DNA of 42,789 bases, taken from positions 1 to 42,789 of the forward strand of contig MEVA01000003.1 in assembly GCA_001772625.1 (NCBI GenBank), in the 5' to 3' direction. Numbering within the stretch: the first letter of the stretch is position 1; each line of letters begins with the position of its first letter. Origin of the DNA: a candidate division WWE3 bacterium RIFCSPHIGHO2_01_FULL_42_13 (GTDB lineage Bacteria; Patescibacteriota; WWE3; UBA101185; UBA10185). Under the pieces are notes generated by a model. It made no database searches and was not told the DNA's origin. It saw nothing but the letters and a program-made list of their open reading frames with translations. Shown piece by piece: positions 39,147-42,789 of the stretch. The position numbers and the translations under genes were made by a program.

Positions 39147-40931
39147 ATGACTCCTATAGATGAAATCAAGCAAAAAATAGATGTTGTGGATTTGGTTGGT
39201 GAGTATGTTGATCTTAAGAAAGCTGGTAGGAATTACAGAGGTTTGTGCCCGTTTCATAGCGAAAAAACCCCCTCTTTTATGGTTTCCCCCGAGTTGCAGA
39301 TTTTTAAGTGCTTTGGATGTGGTGAAGGTGGCGATGTTTTTAGCTTTTATCAAAAAATTGAAGGCTTGGAATTTCCTCAGGCTTTAGAAAACCTTGCCGA
39401 GAAAACCGGTGTGAAATTACCCAAGAAATCATACGACCCCGACAAAAGCCAGAAAAAGAAAATTTATACTTTGAACGATTTATCAGGTCGCTTTTATAAC
39501 TATTTACTAACCAAGCATAAAGTTGGCAAGCAGGCTTTGAAGTATTTGAAGGACAAACGCAAGCTAAGTGACGAAACAATAAAGGATTTTAATCTTGGTT
39601 ACGCTCCCGATTCATGGGATAGCTTGTCGAACTTCTTGAAAGGCAAGAAACACACAGCAGAAGATGTTTTAGCTGCGGGTCTTATTGTTCAGGGCAGGTC
39701 CGGAGGCTTTATTGATAAATTTAGAAAAAGAATTACGTTTCCCTTAACGGATATTGGAGGTAATGTTGTTGGTTTCACCGCGAGGGTTTTAGATGACGGG
39801 GAGCCAAAGTACCTAAACACACCTGAAACTTTAGTTTTTCATAAAAGCTCATATTTATTTGGATTAGACAGGGCTAAAGTTGCGCTTAAAAAAGAAGGGG
39901 CAGTTTTTGTGGAAGGACAAATGGATGTAATTAGCGCCCATCAAGCTGGAATTGAAAATGTTATAGCAACTTCTGGAACCTCCCTTACGGTTGGGCAGCT
40001 TAAACTTCTTTCCCGTTACACTACCGACATTACCTTTGCCTTTGATTCAGATACAGCGGGACTTAACGCACTGCATCGCGCAATAGAACTTGCCGAAAAG
40101 CAAGGGTTTAACATTAAGATCGCAATGATTCCGGAAGAATATAAAGATTTGGATGAGTTTATTCAAAGCGCGCCCAAAAAAGTGAAGTCATTTTTAGAGG
40201 AAGGAATTCCTGCTTTTGATTTCTTTTTAGTTTCGGCTTTAAGGCGCCATAATGTGCAAAGCCCTATCGGCAAAAAGAAAGCTATGGCCGAACTTGTCCC
40301 CATCTTTAGCCAGATTTCAGACCCGGTTTTGCGGGATCACTACATTAAACAGATTTCGGATAAACTGGATATTACCGAGACTGTCGTGGCAAGCTTGCTG
40401 ACCGGTACGGCTTCAGAGGAGGCACGGGAATACGTCTCAATTAGGGAAAAGAGCGAAAAGGATAATAAGGGGGTGGAGCAAAAGCTTGGGCTTTCAAAAA
40501 AGTCTCCGGAGGAGTATATTTTGGCATTGCTTCTTAAAGCGCCAATTGAAAGTTCGCAGACTGTGCTGTATAAACTTGGGCAGAAAGATTTTGTTGACGT
40601 TAAGCTTCAAGAAATTTTTACACAGCTTAAAGCTTATCTTACGGGTAGAAAGCGCAAGTTTGATATTCAGTCTTTTACCAAAAAGTTTGATGAAGAGCTA
40701 AATGGATTGGTAAATGAACTATACCTTTGGGATCTTGGCGAACTTAACGAAAACGAAGTTCATTTTAACCGGGAACTTGAGGGTATATATAACTCGGTTA
40801 AGAAAAGAACGGCAAGGCGTGAGCTTAAAGGCCTTGGTGAGCAGATAAAGCAAGCCGAGCTTGCGAAAGACAAGGCGCTTTTGAAGGATTTATCTGAGCA
40901 ATTTGGGGAACTTTCAGGGAAATTAATTTGA
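39147..40931 (+). CDS. dnaG: DNA primase
   Basis: Zn-ribbon CPFHSEKTPSFMVSPELQIFKCFGCGEGGD, a TOPRIM domain (AVFVEGQMDVIS...FDSDTAG) and a C-terminal helical domain. Confidence 0.92.
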   Translation: MTPIDEIKQKIDVVDLVGEYVDLKKAGRNYRGLCPFHSEKTPSFMVSPELQIFKCFGCGEGGDVFSFYQKIEGLEFPQALENLAEKTGVKLPKKSYDPDKSQKKKIYTLNDLSGRFYNYLLTKHKVGKQALKYLKDKRKLSDETIKDFNLGYAPDSWDSLSNFLKGKKHTAEDVLAAGLIVQGRSGGFIDKFRKRITFPLTDIGGNVVGFTARVLDDGEPKYLNTPETLVFHKSSYLFGLDRAKVALKKEGAVFVEGQMDVISAHQAGIENVIATSGTSLTVGQLKLLSRYTTDITFAFDSDTAGLNALHRAIELAEKQGFNIKIAMIPEEYKDLDEFIQSAPKKVKSFLEEGIPAFDFFLVSALRRHNVQSPIGKKKAMAELVPIFSQISDPVLRDHYIKQISDKLDITETVVASLLTGTASEEAREYVSIREKSEKDNKGVEQKLGLSKKSPEEYILALLLKAPIESSQTVLYKLGQKDFVDVKLQEIFTQLKAYLTGRKRKFDIQSFTKKFDEELNGLVNELYLWDLGELNENEVHFNRELEGIYNSVKKRTARRELKGLGEQIKQAELAKDKALLKDLSEQFGELSGKLI

Positions 40932-40963
40932 TACAATTGACAGGCAAGTAAAGTAAGGAGCAT

Positions 40964-42289
40964 ATGGCAAAGAAAAGCAAAAAAAAATCACAAAAACCAG
41001 TTAAAAAAGCAAAGAAAGTCGCAAAAGTTGTAAAAACCGTAAAAGCACCAAGATTGCCGCGGATAAAAAAGAATACTCAAGAAAAAATAGACCCAAAACT
41101 AAAGAAACTAATAACTAAGGGTAAAAGAAGAGGCTATCTTACCCAAAAAGAAATCTTAGAATTTTATCCGGACGCTGAAAATAATCTTGAAGAACTCGAT
41201 TCCCTTTACGAGAAGTTGTTGGAAGTTGGTGTAGATGTTTACGACGTCGAATCAGAAAAAGAAGCTGAAAAGATAAAAACTGAATCTGATTTAGACTTAT
41301 CCAAAGTAAAACTTGATAAAAGCCTTTCCGCGGATCCTGTAAGAATGTATCTGCGGGAAATTGGAAAAGTTGATCTTCTGACAAAGGAAGAAGAAGTAAT
41401 GCTTGCCAAAAGAGTTGAAGTTTTAAGAATCAAAGAGTTTCGGGATGAGCAGAGAAAAGAGCTTGGTAGAAAGCCAACGGTCAGGGATTTGAAAAAAGTA
41501 AGTGATTGGAACACCGCGATGATCAGAGAAATTGATAAGTTTTCCAAGGAAGTAACTTTGAAGGAATGTGAGTTGGCTACACAGCGCCTTACGCAGGCGA
41601 ACCTAAGATTAGTTGTATCTATCGCGAAAAAGTATATGGGTAGGGGCTTGTCGTTTTTGGATTTAATCCAAGAAGGAAACATAGGTTTAATGAGGGCAGT
41701 TGAAAAGTTTGACTGGAGACGGGGTTTTAAATTCTCAACTTATGCAACCTGGTGGATCAGGCAGGCTATAACCCGTGCTATTGCCGATCAAGCAAGAGTA
41801 ATACGAATTCCGGTTCACATGATCGAAACAATTAATAAGTATAAAAAGATTGCTCGAGACTTGGAGCAAAAGTTGGAGCGCCCGGCAAAGCCAAAAGAAG
41901 TCGCTAAAGTTATGGAAATTGAAGTGGAAAAGGCACAGGAAATTGTAAAAATTATGCAGGATACAACTTCGATTGAGACGCCGGTTGGAAAAGAAGAGGA
42001 TAGTAGGTTGAAAGACTTTATTGAAGACAGAACTACCATGTCCCCCTTTGATATGGCAAGCCATGAACTTCTACGGGGGCAGCTTGAAGGGGTTTTAGAT
42101 ACTTTGAATGATAGAGAACGTAGGGTTTTGGAGCTAAGATTTGGTTTGCGCGACGGGAGAAGCAGAACTTTAGAAGAGGTTGGCCGGGAGTTTGGTGTTA
42201 CAAGAGAAAGAATTAGACAAATTGAGGCAAAAGCCCTGAGGAAGTTAAGACATCCATCGAGAAGCAAAAGACTTAGAGATTACCTGTAG
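40964..42289 (+). CDS. rpoD: Primary RNA polymerase sigma factor (sigma-70 family)
   Basis: Lys-rich N-terminus, region 1.2 [11 protein letters not shown], region 2 [12 protein letters not shown]...[17 protein letters not shown]...[13 protein letters not shown], and region 4 [35 protein letters not shown] at 40955-40960. Confidence 0.92.
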   Translation: MAKKSKKKSQKPVKKAKKVAKVVKTVKAPRLPRIKKNTQEKIDPKLKKLITKGKRRGYLTQKEILEFYPDAENNLEELDSLYEKLLEVGVDVYDVESEKEAEKIKTESDLDLSKVKLDKSLSADPVRMYLREIGKVDLLTKEEEVMLAKRVEVLRIKEFRDEQRKELGRKPTVRDLKKVSDWNTAMIREIDKFSKEVTLKECELATQRLTQANLRLVVSIAKKYMGRGLSFLDLIQEGNIGLMRAVEKFDWRRGFKFSTYATWWIRQAITRAIADQARVIRIPVHMIETINKYKKIARDLEQKLERPAKPKEVAKVMEIEVEKAQEIVKIMQDTTSIETPVGKEEDSRLKDFIEDRTTMSPFDMASHELLRGQLEGVLDTLNDRERRVLELRFGLRDGRSRTLEEVGREFGVTRERIRQIEAKALRKLRHPSRSKRLRDYL

Positions 42290-42292
42290 TTC

Positions 42293-42789
42293 TTACTTTG
42301 TAACATTTTCATAGATAAAAACATCGGAAAGCGGAATGAGGTTAGGTTTTGGCAGAGTAAAAGATTTTATCAGTTTAAAATTTTCTGGATCAAGAAGCAT
42401 GTTTTCGAAGTTCTCCAATTTCTCAACATAGAACGGAAATTCTTTTTTAACTTCCGGTCTTTTGAAGTTTTCCATTGGTCGTGAAGAAATTACCACGTAA
42501 TCAAAAAGTTTCGGATCGGGTGGGGCAAAAAACTGTGCACCTTCAGAAGTGTACACAGGGTACTGAATGAGAGTAACGGCCCCTAATTTATTCATGGCAT
42601 CAAGCCCCTCCTCGGTTATAACCAGTTTTGTTGAAAGAGGATCAATGTTTTCCTGCATCCAGTAGTAAGTTTCTGATTTTGGAACCTCACGTCTAAACTG
42701 ACCCAGAAGAGTAGCCGGGAAGTAGACTACGACGGCAATTGCGATGGTAGTGAGCAATACGGCCAGAGGCCTGCTTAACTTTTGGTTGA
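42293..42789 (-). CDS. Hypothetical membrane-anchored protein; the 5' end probably lies beyond the right edge
   Basis: The reading frame stays open to the window edge upstream of the TTG at 42757 (..KLSRPLAVLLTTIAIAVVVYFPA = N-terminal TM). The soluble C-terminal domain has no recognisable motif. Confidence 0.4.
   Translation of the reverse strand, partial: NQKLSRPLAVLLTTIAIAVVVYFPATLLGQFRREVPKSETYYWMQENIDPLSTKLVITEEGLDAMNKLGAVTLIQYPVYTSEGAQFFAPPDPKLFDYVVISSRPMENFKRPEVKKEFPFYVEKLENFENMLLDPENFKLIKSFTLPKPNLIPLSDVFIYENVTK

Overview
This is a compact, AT-leaning bacterial chromosome segment with almost no non-coding space. It uses the standard genetic code, since TGA serves as a stop (for example at 15489-15491 and 40929-40931). 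No integrase, transposase, CRISPR array or recognisable defence system is visible.

Left to right:
- **1-5984, replication-origin neighbourhood.** murT (truncated), a DnaA-box cluster, dnaA on the minus strand, then a plus-strand run of a membrane protein, rpmH, rnpA, yidD, yidC, jag and dnaN.
- **5985-19156, type-IV-secretion-like / pilus locus (about 13 kb).** It holds a VirB4-like ATPase, a standalone protein resembling the VirB4 N-domain, a PrgI/VirB3-like fusion protein and a VirB6-like polytopic protein. It also holds a 1047-aa membrane protein with a C-terminal HExxH module, a bitopic protein, four paralogous VirB2/TrbC-like pilins and a coiled-coil SpoIID-type glycan hydrolase. No VirD4, relaxase or VirB11 is present.
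- **19203-21665.** An operon of unknown function.
- **21690-22542.** smpB and ssrA (tmRNA).
- **22575-42789, envelope, housekeeping and RNA genes.** Two GT-C-type membrane glycosyltransferase-like genes, comF, glmS preceded by a glmS ribozyme, yggT, a Kef-type antiporter, an ATL alkyltransferase-like protein, ridA, an Ldh_2 dehydrogenase, a mannose-1-P guanylyltransferase-like gene, a glycogen-debranching-like gene, dnaG and rpoD. Five tRNAs are scattered through this part (Ser-GCU, Arg-GCG, Ala-CGC, Ser-CGA, Ser-GGA), all with encoded CCA.

The most unusual item is one pilin paralog (16726-17334). It carries two tandem 7-Cys modules whose cysteine spacing matches the cysteine-stabilised alpha/beta (defensin) signature, fused N-terminal to the pilin domain.

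A window-wide pattern also stands out. A -10 box, often with the TGn extension, ends 6-8 nt before the start codon of at least 12 genes. This suggests leaderless mRNAs, and I used it to choose several start codons.

Gene content and style suggest a Candidate Phyla Radiation / Patescibacteria-type genome: a short YidC, MurT, many small TM proteins, pilin paralogs and overlapping genes. This is inference only, since no marker phylogeny is possible here.
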